A stretch of DNA of 60,054 nucleotides from an uncultured Candidatus Saccharibacteria bacterium (GCA_964499905.1 CAZCPT010000001.1:1-60054), one strand, 5' to 3'; counted from the stretch's first letter, positions 29,104 to 39,096 are shown. Notes: generated by a model not told the origin, from the letters alone. Translations and numbers: made by a program.

Positions 29104-30147
29104 TTACTCCCCGGCCTTCAACTCGCGTTCGTGAAGCGTTAATTCATGGATGAGGTCATCAATGTCGCCATCCATCACAGCAGGAATATTACTCCTTGAA
29201 TAATGAATGCGGTGGTCCGTTACACGGTCTTGCGGAAAATTATAAGTACGGATTTTTTCGGAACGATCACCGGTGCCAATTAGAGATTTACGTGCCTCGG
29301 AAGCATTTTTTAAATCTTCTTCCTTTTTACGCTCTAATAGTCTCGAGCGAAGAACATTCATAGCTTTAATACGGTTCTGCTGTTGAGAGCGTTCATCCTG
29401 CATGGCTACTACGAGGCCGGTTGGAAGGTGGGTAATACGAACGGCGGAGTCTGTAGTATTTACTCCTTGCCCACCATGACCACCAGAGCGATAGATATCT
29501 ATACGAAGGTCTTCTGGTTTAATTTCTAAGTCTTGTTCGGAGGCCTCTGGAAGTACCGCTACAGTAACAGTTGATGTATGAATACGACCTTGCGATTCTG
29601 TGACCGGCACACGTTGTACGCGGTGTACACCACCTTCAAATTTTAATTTACCGTATGGTTCATCGCCGGAAATCTTAAAGATGACTTCTTTCATGCCACC
29701 GGCTTCATTTTCGTTTGAAGACATCAATTCAGCTTTTAATCCGTGATTTTCGGCGTATTTTACGTACATACGATAGAGCTCATTGGCAAATAGGGAAGCT
29801 TCGTCGCCACCAGCACCGGCACGAATTTCAATAATAGCTGGCTTGTCATCTTCTGGATCGCGTGGAATCAATAATTCTTCTAGCTCTTGGCTAGCCGTCT
29901 CGATTTCCGCCTTTAATGTTTTTACGTCTTCTCTTGCAATTTCGCCTAGGTCTGGGTCATTGACTAGTGATTCGGCTTCTTCCAAATTTGATTTATATTG
30001 TTTTATCTTTGTATCTAAATCGACGATTTGGCGAAGAAGGCTCGCGCGCTTACTTTTAGTCGTAAAATCAGGGGAATTATAAACATCCGGCTTTGATAAG
30101 AAGCCTTCGATCTCATTAAGTTCATCTTTGTATTTCTCGATATCCAT
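29104..30147 (-). CDS. prfA: Peptide chain release factor 1
   Basis: GGQ motif, PVT specificity tripeptide, [12 protein letters not shown]. Confidence 0.97.
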   Translation of the reverse strand: MDIEKYKDELNEIEGFLSKPDVYNSPDFTTKSKRASLLRQIVDLDTKIKQYKSNLEEAESLVNDPDLGEIAREDVKTLKAEIETASQELEELLIPRDPEDDKPAIIEIRAGAGGDEASLFANELYRMYVKYAENHGLKAELMSSNENEAGGMKEVIFKISGDEPYGKLKFEGGVHRVQRVPVTESQGRIHTSTVTVAVLPEASEQDLEIKPEDLRIDIYRSGGHGGQGVNTTDSAVRITHLPTGLVVAMQDERSQQQNRIKAMNVLRSRLLERKKEEDLKNASEARKSLIGTGDRSEKIRTYNFPQDRVTDHRIHYSRSNIPAVMDGDIDDLIHELTLHERELKAGE

Positions 30148-30163
30148 GTTATAATTATAGCAT
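30146..30163. promoter_or_regulatory. Overlapping bidirectional extended -10 elements for prfA (-) and tRNA-Val (+)
   Basis: Near-palindrome ATGTTATAATTATAGCAT gives TGTTATAAT on + and TGCTATAAT on -. Confidence 0.6.
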
Positions 30164-30169
30164 AACTTT

Positions 30170-30246
30170 GGATCTTTAGCTCAGTTGGCTAGAGCGTACG
30201 ATTCACATTCGTAAGGTCACTGGTTCGAGCCCAGTAAGATCCACCA
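30170..30246 (+). tRNA. tRNA-Val(CAC)
   Basis: 77-nt cloverleaf, GGATCTT/AAGATCC acceptor stem, TACGA-TT-CAC-AT-TCGTA anticodon arm, ACCA end. Confidence 0.96.
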
Positions 30247-30258
30247 GAATATATATGA

Positions 30259-30281
30259 GTCGGCATTTTCGCCGATTTTTT
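30259..30281 (+). terminator. tRNA-Val terminator
   Basis: GTCGGC-ATTTTC-GCCGAT then T tract. Confidence 0.75.
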
Positions 30282-30460
30282 AGTGGAAAATTTCTGTTAA
30301 GTACCTTGTGAGTTTTAGGGTGCTATTCTGCACCGATTTTGCACGAAAAATATGCTCAAAAATGCATTTTTACCACTATAAAATCGCCTGTCAATACCCT
30401 AAACAATTTGGTCGCATAAAAAGCACCGCAGAGTGAATCTACGATGCTTTTCCTGTTCGG

Positions 30461-31087
30461 TTAAATTCTTGAATAGTTGTCCGAATTAGTAACCCAATTT
30501 CTAAAGTCTTCCGAAATTGAGCCCGAATCAGATTTTGGCACTCTTACGTCTAATACAGATTCCTCTCCTAACTTTATTACGACACAATCCGTCCATTCGT
30601 CATTTTTACAATTACCATTCCCCTTAGAAATCATCACATGCGAAGTTGCTACGCTTTCATTTTCTATTATCTCAAAGGTGTCCACTGCCTGAGGATAGTC
30701 GTTATAATAAACATATTTTTGAACTAAGTCTCTCCAGTTTTCGGGTTTTTTAATTTTAAAATTCCATTCACCAACATAGATATAATCTTTCGAATCGCCA
30801 TTCATGACGGCTGTTGGGTTGTCTTTCTCCTCGTTGTCGGCATCCCCATCTTCATCGTCGATCTCAAGTGAAGATATCTTACCATTTAAACTTTCAATTT
30901 GATTTTTTAAATCAGAAATCTGACTATCCTTTTGTGTACTCTGTATCATACCATAAACGCCAAACCCAATACCACAGACCGCCGCAATGCACGCAATAGC
31001 AGTAGCGATTTTTAATCCATTTCCACCTTTTTGCTTATTTTCTACTACAGGTGTCACTGGTGCACTAGCATCTACATTTTGTTCCAT
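30461..31087 (-). CDS. Hypothetical membrane-anchored coiled-coil protein
   Basis: TM at about residues 25-47, heptad segment, acidic linker, YIYVGEWNFKIK domain; SD GAAAGGA. Confidence 0.75.
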   Translation of the reverse strand: MEQNVDASAPVTPVVENKQKGGNGLKIATAIACIAAVCGIGFGVYGMIQSTQKDSQISDLKNQIESLNGKISSLEIDDEDGDADNEEKDNPTAVMNGDSKDYIYVGEWNFKIKKPENWRDLVQKYVYYNDYPQAVDTFEIIENESVATSHVMISKGNGNCKNDEWTDCVVIKLGEESVLDVRVPKSDSGSISEDFRNWVTNSDNYSRI

Positions 31088-31185
31088 AAATTATCCTTTC
31101 TTATAATACTTACGTCTATTTTAGCATGATTCAACTTTTCCCGAATATCTTCTTTATAGATTGTTAATACTTGCCTAATTCGCCC

Positions 31186-31228
31186 CCACCAGATTATATA
31201 CATGGTCGGCGAATATGCCGATTTTTTT
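31186..31228 (+). repeat. Degenerate direct copy of the tRNA-Val 3' end plus terminator (att-like scar)
   Basis: CCACCAGA-TTATATACATG-GTCGGC-GAATAT-GCCGATTTTTT versus CCACCAGA-ATATATATGA-GTCGGC-ATTTTC-GCCGATTTTTT at 30241-30281. Confidence 0.6.
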
Positions 31229-31274
31229 ATTTATTCTTCTTTGTTGTAATTTTTACAAAATTAGCATAAAAGTC

Positions 31275-31328
31275 TTGATTTTCCATATTTAGTGTTATAT
31301 GATGATAACAAGACGCTAAATGTAGGGT
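31275..31328 (+). promoter_or_regulatory. nrdD promoter with two NrdR boxes
   Basis: TTGATT (31275-80), N17, TATGAT (31298-303); TTTCCATATTTAGTGT (31280-95) and ACGCTAAATGTAGGGT (31313-28) resemble the NrdR consensus acaCwAtATaTwGtgt, 33 bp apart. Confidence 0.65.
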
Positions 31329-31417
31329 CGCTGCACAAGCATTACCACAAGTAGTTACCCGGCAGGTCATATACAAATTTACGAACTAAATGAGATACAT
31401 TTAAGGAGGTATATTTC

Positions 31418-33613
31418 ATGTTCAAAAGAATTATTAAGCGGGATGGGAAAATCGTCAAATTCGACCCCGAAAAGATTGTAGACGCCATCTCGAAGGCTGG
31501 GCTCGCAACAGAAGAGTTTAAAGCAGATAGAGCTAGAGCTCTCGCTGAAAAAGTAGTACAAAGAGCTGAGGAAAAAATCACCGCGCGCACTCCGAACGTT
31601 GAGCAAATCCAGGATATTGTTGAGGAAGTTTTGATGGAGTCTTCATTTAAGAAGACTGCAAGAGCTTATATTCGTTATCGCCAAGAGCGTTCCAGAATCC
31701 GTACTGCAAAATCTGATCTTATGATGATTTACCGCACGATTTCTCATGCCGATGCTTCAGAAGATTCCGATGTAAAACGCTCTAATGCAAACGTTGATGG
31801 TAACTCCGCCATGGGTAAAATGCTCCAATTCGGTGCAGAGGGCTCCAAAGTATTTGCTAAGTCACTCCTTCTTCGTCCAGACATCGCAGCCGCTCATGAT
31901 AATGGCGATATCCATATTCATGATCTCGATTTTTATGCAACTGGCACACTTACTTGCTGCCAATCCGATCCTTTTGTGATGTTTGAGAATGGTGGCTTCA
32001 ACACTGGTCATGGTCATCTTCGTACACCAAATTCAATTAGTTCTTATGGCGCGCTTGCGGCCATCCTTCTTCAAGCAAACCAGAATGAGCAACATGGTGG
32101 ACAATCAATTCCAAACTTTGACTATGCAATGGCTCCAGGCGTGAATAAATCTTTCCGTAAGGCTTTAAAGCGTAATCTTGATAAATATAATAAGTTTACT
32201 GGTAAAAACATTGAGTTAAAGATAAAAGATAATTACGAGTACGGTGATGATAAAAAGCTTGCTAAAGCCGATTGGCCACAGGCTGTTATCGATGCATCTA
32301 ACGAAGATGTCGAACGCGAGACTTTGCAGGCCATGGAAGGTTTTGTACACAATCTTAACACCATGCATTCACGCGCCGGCGCACAGGTGCCATTTACATC
32401 TATTAACTTCGGTACTGATACTACGCCAGCTGGTCGTTTAGTATCTCTTGATCTCCTTCAGGCTACTGAAAATGGCCTTGGCAAGGGCGAGACACCAATC
32501 TTCCCAATTTCAATTCTTAAAGTTAAAGAGGGAATTAATTACAATCCTGGTGACCCTAACTACGATATCTTTAGACGCTCCATGGAAGTATCCGCGAAGA
32601 GGCTCTTCCCGAACTTTTGTTTTGTAGATGCTCCATACAACTTAAAGTATTACAAGAAGGGCGATTATCGCACCGAGATTGCAACAATGGGTTGCCGTAC
32701 GCGTGTATTTGCTTCCGTCTTCCCAGAATCTGATGGCATCGTAACTGGCCGCGGTAATTTATCATTTACGACCGTTAATATCGTAAGAATCGGTATTAAG
32801 CATGGTATCTGTCTTGGCGAGCGTAAAGAAGCTGACTGGGACGGGTTCTATCATGAGCTTGACGAAAAAATGGATCTTGTTCGTGACGAGCTCTTAGAGC
32901 GCTTTGAATTCCAGGCCAACCAACATGTTCGTAACTTCCCATTCCTCATGGGTCAAGGTAACTGGTTTGGTTCTGAGAAGCTTGGACCAAATGATACGCT
33001 CCGCGATGTAATTAAGCACGGTACACTTTCAATTGGCTTCATTGGTCTTGCTGAGACGCTCGTTGCAATGACTGGCAAGCATCATGGTGAAGACGAGGAT
33101 TCTCGCGAACTCGGTCTTGATATCGTATCTCACATGCGCGAAAAATGCGATGAGTACTGCAAGAAGTATAAACTCAACTTCTCGCTTCTCGCCACTCCGG
33201 CTGAAGGTATCGCTGGTCGCTTTACTAAGATTGATCGCAAAGAATATGGCAAGATTAAAGGCGTGACTGATAGGGAGTTCTATACCAACTCCTTCCATGT
33301 GCCTGTTTATTACCCAATTTCCGCCTTTGATAAGATTGAAATTGAGGCTCCATATCATAATCTTTGTAACGCTGGCCACATCACTTACATTGAGCTTGAC
33401 GGTGATCCATCTCAAAACATTGCCGCCTTTGAAGCTGTAATTCGCAAAATGCATGATTGCGGTATTGGCTATGGTTCTGTAAACCATCCGGTTGACCGCG
33501 ACCCAGTCTGTGGCTTCTCTGGTATCATCAAAGGTGAACGTTGTCCGCACTGTGGTCGTCTTGAAGGTGATGTACCATTTGAAAAAGTCTGTAGCTATGC
33601 GAAAGGTAAATAA
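31418..33613 (+). CDS. nrdD: Anaerobic (class III) ribonucleoside-triphosphate reductase with ATP cone; C-terminal glycyl-radical motif missing
   Basis: IIKRDG ATP cone, IHIHDLD, LTCC, MGCRT, GRGNLSF, YTNSFH, DPVC..CPHC; ends FEKVCSYAKGK. Confidence 0.92.
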   Translation: MFKRIIKRDGKIVKFDPEKIVDAISKAGLATEEFKADRARALAEKVVQRAEEKITARTPNVEQIQDIVEEVLMESSFKKTARAYIRYRQERSRIRTAKSDLMMIYRTISHADASEDSDVKRSNANVDGNSAMGKMLQFGAEGSKVFAKSLLLRPDIAAAHDNGDIHIHDLDFYATGTLTCCQSDPFVMFENGGFNTGHGHLRTPNSISSYGALAAILLQANQNEQHGGQSIPNFDYAMAPGVNKSFRKALKRNLDKYNKFTGKNIELKIKDNYEYGDDKKLAKADWPQAVIDASNEDVERETLQAMEGFVHNLNTMHSRAGAQVPFTSINFGTDTTPAGRLVSLDLLQATENGLGKGETPIFPISILKVKEGINYNPGDPNYDIFRRSMEVSAKRLFPNFCFVDAPYNLKYYKKGDYRTEIATMGCRTRVFASVFPESDGIVTGRGNLSFTTVNIVRIGIKHGICLGERKEADWDGFYHELDEKMDLVRDELLERFEFQANQHVRNFPFLMGQGNWFGSEKLGPNDTLRDVIKHGTLSIGFIGLAETLVAMTGKHHGEDEDSRELGLDIVSHMREKCDEYCKKYKLNFSLLATPAEGIAGRFTKIDRKEYGKIKGVTDREFYTNSFHVPVYYPISAFDKIEIEAPYHNLCNAGHITYIELDGDPSQNIAAFEAVIRKMHDCGIGYGSVNHPVDRDPVCGFSGIIKGERCPHCGRLEGDVPFEKVCSYAKGK

Positions 33614-34176
33614 TGGCTGCGCCTAAAATTGATTGGGACAAGATGGCTGTTGAGCGGATTCTGTCCGCTCCCCAGCCTCCTAAAGGCATGATTCGCCTAT
33701 CCGGTCCACTTGAACACGACAACATCGTCAATGGCGATGGTCTTAGAGCGGTAGTTTGGACGCAAGGCTGCCCAAATCATTGCAAAGAGTGCCAAAATCC
33801 GGAGACTTGGGACTTTGCGGGCGGTTTTCTCATTGAGATTGATGAGATTAAAAAGAGACTGAGTGTATTTAAGGGCCAGGCAGGACTTACCTTTTGTGGT
33901 GGCGAGCCATTCGTTCAGCCAGCTGCCTGTAAAGAATTGGCTGATTGGGTAAGAAAAGAGCTTGGCTGGAATGTTTGGAGTTTCTCTGGCTTTACCTATG
34001 AACAAATTAAGATGGCTGGCGGTGATGCATGGGAATTTCTTAAATCACTTGACGCTATTATTGATGGTCCGTTTATCATTGGCCTAAAGGATTTAAGTCT
34101 TAGATATCGCGGCTCAAAAAACCAAAGATTAATCCACCTAGAACATGGCACTGGCAAAATCCTTAGTATTGAGTAA
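33613..34176 (+). CDS. nrdG: Anaerobic RNR activating radical SAM protein
   Basis: NGDGLR..VWTQGCPNHCKECQNP (CxxxCxxC), GGEPF, DGPF, RGSKNQR; TAATG overlap with nrdD. Confidence 0.93.
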   Translation: MAAPKIDWDKMAVERILSAPQPPKGMIRLSGPLEHDNIVNGDGLRAVVWTQGCPNHCKECQNPETWDFAGGFLIEIDEIKKRLSVFKGQAGLTFCGGEPFVQPAACKELADWVRKELGWNVWSFSGFTYEQIKMAGGDAWEFLKSLDAIIDGPFIIGLKDLSLRYRGSKNQRLIHLEHGTGKILSIE

Positions 34177-34218
34177 AAGTGTTATAATAATACAAAAGTA
34201 CTTAATTTAGGAGACGAT

Positions 34219-35079
34219 GTGGATTCTGACAGTTCGTTTGTAATTTCCCCAATGACAAAAAGAGTCGAGTTGAAGGCCGGAAGAATTTTTGAGAGCATTT
34301 TGACCGTTTCGAATCCAAAAGATGCCACTTCTAATATTAAGTTTAAAGTCGAAGTATCGCCTTATTCTGTTAATGGAGAAGAATATAGCGTAGATTTTTC
34401 TAATAAAAATGATCACACTCTGATTACTGATTGGATTAAACTTGATAAAACTTCTGGTGTTCTAAAACCGGGCGAATCTATGAAGATACCATATTCAATT
34501 ATAGTGCCGCAAAACGCCCCAGCTGGCGGCCAATATGCTGCAATTCTCGTTTCGCTCGATAACGAAACCGGCACCTCTAGTGGCATTGCAGTCGAGAACG
34601 TTTTCGAGATGGCTAGCGTCATCTATGCTGATGTTTCCGGCGAGACTAAACATGAAGGCGAGATTACAGGAAATACCGTTCCTGGTTTTGTAACTAATTT
34701 ACCCCTAGTAGTTGAAAGTGATTTTAAAAACGATGGCAACGTCCATGAGGTAGCAATGGTTTCTGTTGAGGTAAGAAGTATTTTTTCATCGGATCCCTTG
34801 TATCCTATAAAGGGCGAAAGCGGCTCTTTAGAAGAGACTATTATGCCGGACACAAACCGTCATGTTTCTAGAGATGTTAGTGGCATATCGCCACTCGGCA
34901 TATATACAGTTAAACAGGCAATCACTTATATGGGTGAGACTTCGGTTGTTGAAAAAACTGTTATTGCTTGCCCAATTTGGTTTATGGTTTTGCTCTTTCT
35001 AACACTTTGCTCAATTATTTATTCTGTCTACAAGGCATTGCAAAGAAGAAAGAGAAGAAGGAATGCATACTTTAATTAA
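34219..35079 (+). CDS. WxL-partner-like (DUF916-type) protein with C-terminal TM
   Basis: ISP...ELKAG, VPQNAPAGGQYAAI, NDGNVH motifs; C-terminal TM and basic tail; GTG start after GGAGA. Confidence 0.7.
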   Translation: MDSDSSFVISPMTKRVELKAGRIFESILTVSNPKDATSNIKFKVEVSPYSVNGEEYSVDFSNKNDHTLITDWIKLDKTSGVLKPGESMKIPYSIIVPQNAPAGGQYAAILVSLDNETGTSSGIAVENVFEMASVIYADVSGETKHEGEITGNTVPGFVTNLPLVVESDFKNDGNVHEVAMVSVEVRSIFSSDPLYPIKGESGSLEETIMPDTNRHVSRDVSGISPLGIYTVKQAITYMGETSVVEKTVIACPIWFMVLLFLTLCSIIYSVYKALQRRKRRRNAYFN

Positions 35080-35091
35080 TGGAGGTATAAA

Positions 35092-35871
35092 ATGAAAATA
35101 GGTGTAATCGGTGCAGGAGCTTTTGGCACCGCGCTCGGAGACATACTAAAAAATAATGGTCACGAAATAATCTACTACGATCCAATTATTACCGATAGAT
35201 TTATAAATGATTTGCTGTGGGATGTCGAAATGGTTTTACTGGTTGCACCTTCTTTTGCGGTTCCAAGTATTGTCCCAGAACTTCAAACCAATGTTCCACT
35301 AATCGTTGCAACTAAAGGTTTACTATCAGATCAAATATTTGCTGATTTTGAAGATGTAATGGCGATATCTGGCCCAGGCTTCGCGCACGATATTAAAGCC
35401 AGAAAAGATACTCGCTTAACTATCACCGATGACCGGCTCGCTAAGCTCTTCCAGGCTGATTATCTACATTTTGATAAATCTAAAGATGTTAAAGGTGTTT
35501 TGATGTGTGGTGCTCTTAAAAATGTATATGCGATTAGAGCAGGCTTTCTTAAGCTAAAAGAGGGTACACCGGAATGGGATAAATATATTGCCGATGTTAC
35601 TAAAGAAATGGAAGCTATTCTGTTTGCGAATGGCGCTATGCGCGATACTGTTAATCATTTTTGCGGCATAGACGATCTTAAACTTACTTGTAATCTACCT
35701 TCAAGAAACTATGAATATGGCCTTAAACTTGCCGATAATCCAGAATATAAACCAGAAAAAACCGTGGAAGGTTTGTCTGCACTTAAGCGTATAGTTGATG
35801 GCGAAATTATAATTCCGGACGAAGCAATTATCCTTAAAGATATCATTAATATGAATATGTCAGGAGAATAA
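35092..35871 (+). CDS. gpsA: NAD(P)H-dependent glycerol-3-phosphate dehydrogenase (compact, 259 aa)
   Basis: GAGAFGTAL, ATKG, SGPGFA, GALKNVYAI, DLKLTC..PSRN, VEG. Confidence 0.85.
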   Translation: MKIGVIGAGAFGTALGDILKNNGHEIIYYDPIITDRFINDLLWDVEMVLLVAPSFAVPSIVPELQTNVPLIVATKGLLSDQIFADFEDVMAISGPGFAHDIKARKDTRLTITDDRLAKLFQADYLHFDKSKDVKGVLMCGALKNVYAIRAGFLKLKEGTPEWDKYIADVTKEMEAILFANGAMRDTVNHFCGIDDLKLTCNLPSRNYEYGLKLADNPEYKPEKTVEGLSALKRIVDGEIIIPDEAIILKDIINMNMSGE

Positions 35872-38800
35872 ATGCCCCTTAACGAAAATCAAAAACGCGC
35901 AGTAGAATACTTAGATGGTCCACTTTTGGTTTTAGCCGGGCCAGGAACTGGTAAAACACAGTTGCTTTCAGAAAAAGTTGCCTACATCCTAAAAAACACT
36001 GATACTAATCCAGAAAACATTCTTTGTCTCACATTTACTGATTCTGGCGCCTCAAATATGCGAGAGCGTTTAAAGACAATTATTGGCCAGGATGCCCTCA
36101 AGGTAAACATTGGTACCTATCACGCTTTTGGTTCTGATATTTTAGCGCAGTATAAGAATTATTCCGAAGATTACGACCGCCAGCTCGATTCACCGATTGA
36201 TGAGATTACGCAATTTAAGATTATTAAGAATATACAAGACAATTTGAAAGGAAACGATATCCTCAGGGGCGACAAAATTAGAGATATTATGTCTGTAATA
36301 TCGGAAGCAAAAAAAGCTTGTCTCACTGAGGATGACTTGTTAAAAATAGCCGAACAAAACATTGAGGACTCAGAAGTTCTAAGTATCGCTATCTCGCCAT
36401 TGCTTCTTAATGTCGTTGCTAGGAAATATAAGGAATCTCTAGATAACGCCTACCAACCTATTTATGATATTCTAAAAAATTACGAAAATGTTAAACCTAT
36501 CCTAAAAAACATCGAACGTTCGATCGTAAGTGTTACGAGAGATTTAAGGGAAGCGCTTGACGTCGCTGCCGAGACCAATTCTGTGGCTCCACTTTCAAAC
36601 TGGAAAGACAAATATTTTGAGAAAGACGAAAAAGGGAATTACCGCCTAGCGGATCGTATTAAAAATAAAAAGTTGCTTTCAGTTGCTCATATAATGAAAA
36701 AATATGAGACTTTTCTTAAAGAAAACGGTTTATTTGATTTTAATGACATGATTGAGGAAGCGGTGAGGATTTTAAACACCGATACGGGCTTTAAACTATC
36801 ACTTGAAGAAAGATATCAATTCATCTTACTTGACGAGTTTCAGGATACAAACCCTTCGCAGTTTGCAATAGTTAAAGCACTTACTGATTACGAAAAGCCG
36901 ATGATTATGGCCGTCGGTGATGACGATCAAGCGATTTTCGAGTTCCAGGGAGCACTTTCATCAAATCTCTCAGATTATCAAAAATACTATAATGCTGAAG
37001 TTATCCCGCTAGTAGAGAATTATCGAAGCACTCAGGAAATCTTGGATTTTTCGCGTAAAATCATCAACCAGGCGCCTGATAGATTTGCAGACAAGGAATT
37101 AATTGCCCATAAACCAGCATTAAAAGAGTCTGGTATTCATCGCTTAGAATTTCTTTCTTCCGACCAGGAATACGCTTACGTAGCTAAAAGAATCCATGAA
37201 TTAATAAAGTCTGGCGTAAAACAGAGTGAAATTGCCGTGATTTCCTATAAAACTAAATATTTTGAGCCACTGCTTCCTTATTTAAAAGAATATAACGAGA
37301 TTAAAATTGCCTATGAAAAGCGCGATAATCTATTCTTAGATGATAAAATTCATCAAATTATCTCTATTATTAAGTATGTTAATGATATTGTTAATGAGAA
37401 AACACCTTCTGTGCAGATAATGGAGATTCTCTCATATCCTTTCTTTAACCTACCGATGGTGGAAGTAATTCGTTTGGTGGGCCTGGCGAAGGCTGCACAT
37501 GAACCTGCCTTTAACCACCTAGCGCGTTCTGAGGATGAGGTAGTGGCAGGAGCTATGGGGTTTTTGGCCGACTTAGTAGCAAAATCCTTTACCGAACCAC
37601 TCGATATTATCATTGATACGATTGTTAAGAAGATGGATATTGATAAGTTTGAACCTTATGATAGGCTAACTTTTTATGACAATCTCGCGTCTCTTAAAGG
37701 TAAGATTATCAAACACTATGGCGATAAACCACTTAAAATTGCTGATTTCGTGGAGTTTATTAATGATTACGTAGATGCCAATATGCCATTAACCGTAACG
37801 AGCCCATATAAAGATGCTGATGAAGCAGTACAAATCTTAACAGCGCACAAAGCTAAGGGGCTAGAATTTGAATATGTATTTATTTTGACCGCTGACCATT
37901 CGGCTTGGGGGTCAGGTGGTGGTAATAATAATCTGTTGTTCCTGCCTAATAACTTAGTCCAGATTAGACATACCGGTATGACCGATGGTGAAAGAATCCG
38001 CATCCTTTACGTCGCTATTACTAGAGCCAAACACACTCTATACATCACCAACGCCCTACATGATTTCCAACACGATATCGGTAGTAAAGAGCAGGAAAGG
38101 CTAGAATATTTAGCTGAATGCATTGTAAAAGTAGGTGACGAGGAAAAACTTTCTTCGCCGCTAATGCCATCCGGATTTGGCGAAACAATGTATTCTATTC
38201 CTTCGGTTGAGGTGCGCGAGAAAAATATCAAAAACTGGGTTTCATCCTACATCGAAAAGAGTCCAGACATTAGATTGCTCTATAAAGAGCGCATTAAAAA
38301 CTGGAAGATGTCCGCCTCGGCACTCACTTCGTTTATTGATATTGTTTATGCTGGCCCGCAAAGTTTCTTTAAGAGTTATATTTTAAACACTCCACGTGAC
38401 CCAGAGACGGAATCGCTAGTTACCGGTAATCTAATGCACTCAGTTTTCGAGGCTGTAACAAATAAAGGATTATCGGACGACGACGCAATCAAACTGTTCC
38501 TCGATGAACTAGATAAATATGATGTAGAAAGTAGTATTAAACAAAAGATTCGTGAAAAAGGTCCGGGATATCTATTGATAGCATTAAACCGCTTTGGCGA
38601 TATTCTTAGAAGTGGTGAGGCCGAAGTTAACCTTGGCCCAGATAAACTTGTGGTTGATGGGGTCCCTGTTACCGGAAAGGTCGATCATATTACGGTTGAT
38701 GAAATAAATAAGACCATAGAAATATATGATTATAAAACTAGTTGGTATCACAAGGATAAATGGCGTTCTCACTCAACACTATATAAATATATGTTGCAGC

Positions 38801-39096
38801 TGGAATTCTATAAGCTACTCCTAAAGAATTCTCCAAGATATTCAAAGTATAAGATTGAAAAAGCTCATATCCTGTTTGTTATTCCAGATAATGATGGTGA
38901 AGTATATGACAAAGAATATATTTTTAACGAAGACGACGAAAAAGAGTTATTGCAACTAATTAAGGTTGTTTATAATCATGTAATCTCACTTGATTTCATC
39001 GATGACCCAGAAATCTTTGTTGAACCAAACACCGAGCTGGGTATCAAAGATATTATGAAATTCATTTCGCTACTGCTTGATAAAAGTACAAAATAG
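35872..39096 (+). CDS. UvrD/REP SF1 helicase fused to C-terminal PD-(D/E)XK nuclease (AddA/AdnA-like)
   Basis: AGPGTGKT, LDEFQDT, VGDDDQAI, ENYRS, TAHKAKGLEF, YVAITRAK; GKVD...IYDYKT...QL.FY. Confidence 0.92.
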   Translation: MPLNENQKRAVEYLDGPLLVLAGPGTGKTQLLSEKVAYILKNTDTNPENILCLTFTDSGASNMRERLKTIIGQDALKVNIGTYHAFGSDILAQYKNYSEDYDRQLDSPIDEITQFKIIKNIQDNLKGNDILRGDKIRDIMSVISEAKKACLTEDDLLKIAEQNIEDSEVLSIAISPLLLNVVARKYKESLDNAYQPIYDILKNYENVKPILKNIERSIVSVTRDLREALDVAAETNSVAPLSNWKDKYFEKDEKGNYRLADRIKNKKLLSVAHIMKKYETFLKENGLFDFNDMIEEAVRILNTDTGFKLSLEERYQFILLDEFQDTNPSQFAIVKALTDYEKPMIMAVGDDDQAIFEFQGALSSNLSDYQKYYNAEVIPLVENYRSTQEILDFSRKIINQAPDRFADKELIAHKPALKESGIHRLEFLSSDQEYAYVAKRIHELIKSGVKQSEIAVISYKTKYFEPLLPYLKEYNEIKIAYEKRDNLFLDDKIHQIISIIKYVNDIVNEKTPSVQIMEILSYPFFNLPMVEVIRLVGLAKAAHEPAFNHLARSEDEVVAGAMGFLADLVAKSFTEPLDIIIDTIVKKMDIDKFEPYDRLTFYDNLASLKGKIIKHYGDKPLKIADFVEFINDYVDANMPLTVTSPYKDADEAVQILTAHKAKGLEFEYVFILTADHSAWGSGGGNNNLLFLPNNLVQIRHTGMTDGERIRILYVAITRAKHTLYITNALHDFQHDIGSKEQERLEYLAECIVKVGDEEKLSSPLMPSGFGETMYSIPSVEVREKNIKNWVSSYIEKSPDIRLLYKERIKNWKMSASALTSFIDIVYAGPQSFFKSYILNTPRDPETESLVTGNLMHSVFEAVTNKGLSDDDAIKLFLDELDKYDVESSIKQKIREKGPGYLLIALNRFGDILRSGEAEVNLGPDKLVVDGVPVTGKVDHITVDEINKTIEIYDYKTSWYHKDKWRSHSTLYKYMLQLEFYKLLLKNSPRYSKYKIEKAHILFVIPDNDGEVYDKEYIFNEDDEKELLQLIKVVYNHVISLDFIDDPEIFVEPNTELGIKDIMKFISLLLDKSTK

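Noticed and set aside
30314-30403. TTTAGGGT/ACCCTAAA inverted repeat as MITE ends
   Set aside because: Only 8 bp, no target duplication and no second copy in the window
33570-33700. Frameshift or readthrough restoring the NrdD RITGY tail
   Set aside because: Neither alternative frame nor the sequence after the stop encodes an RxxGY motif
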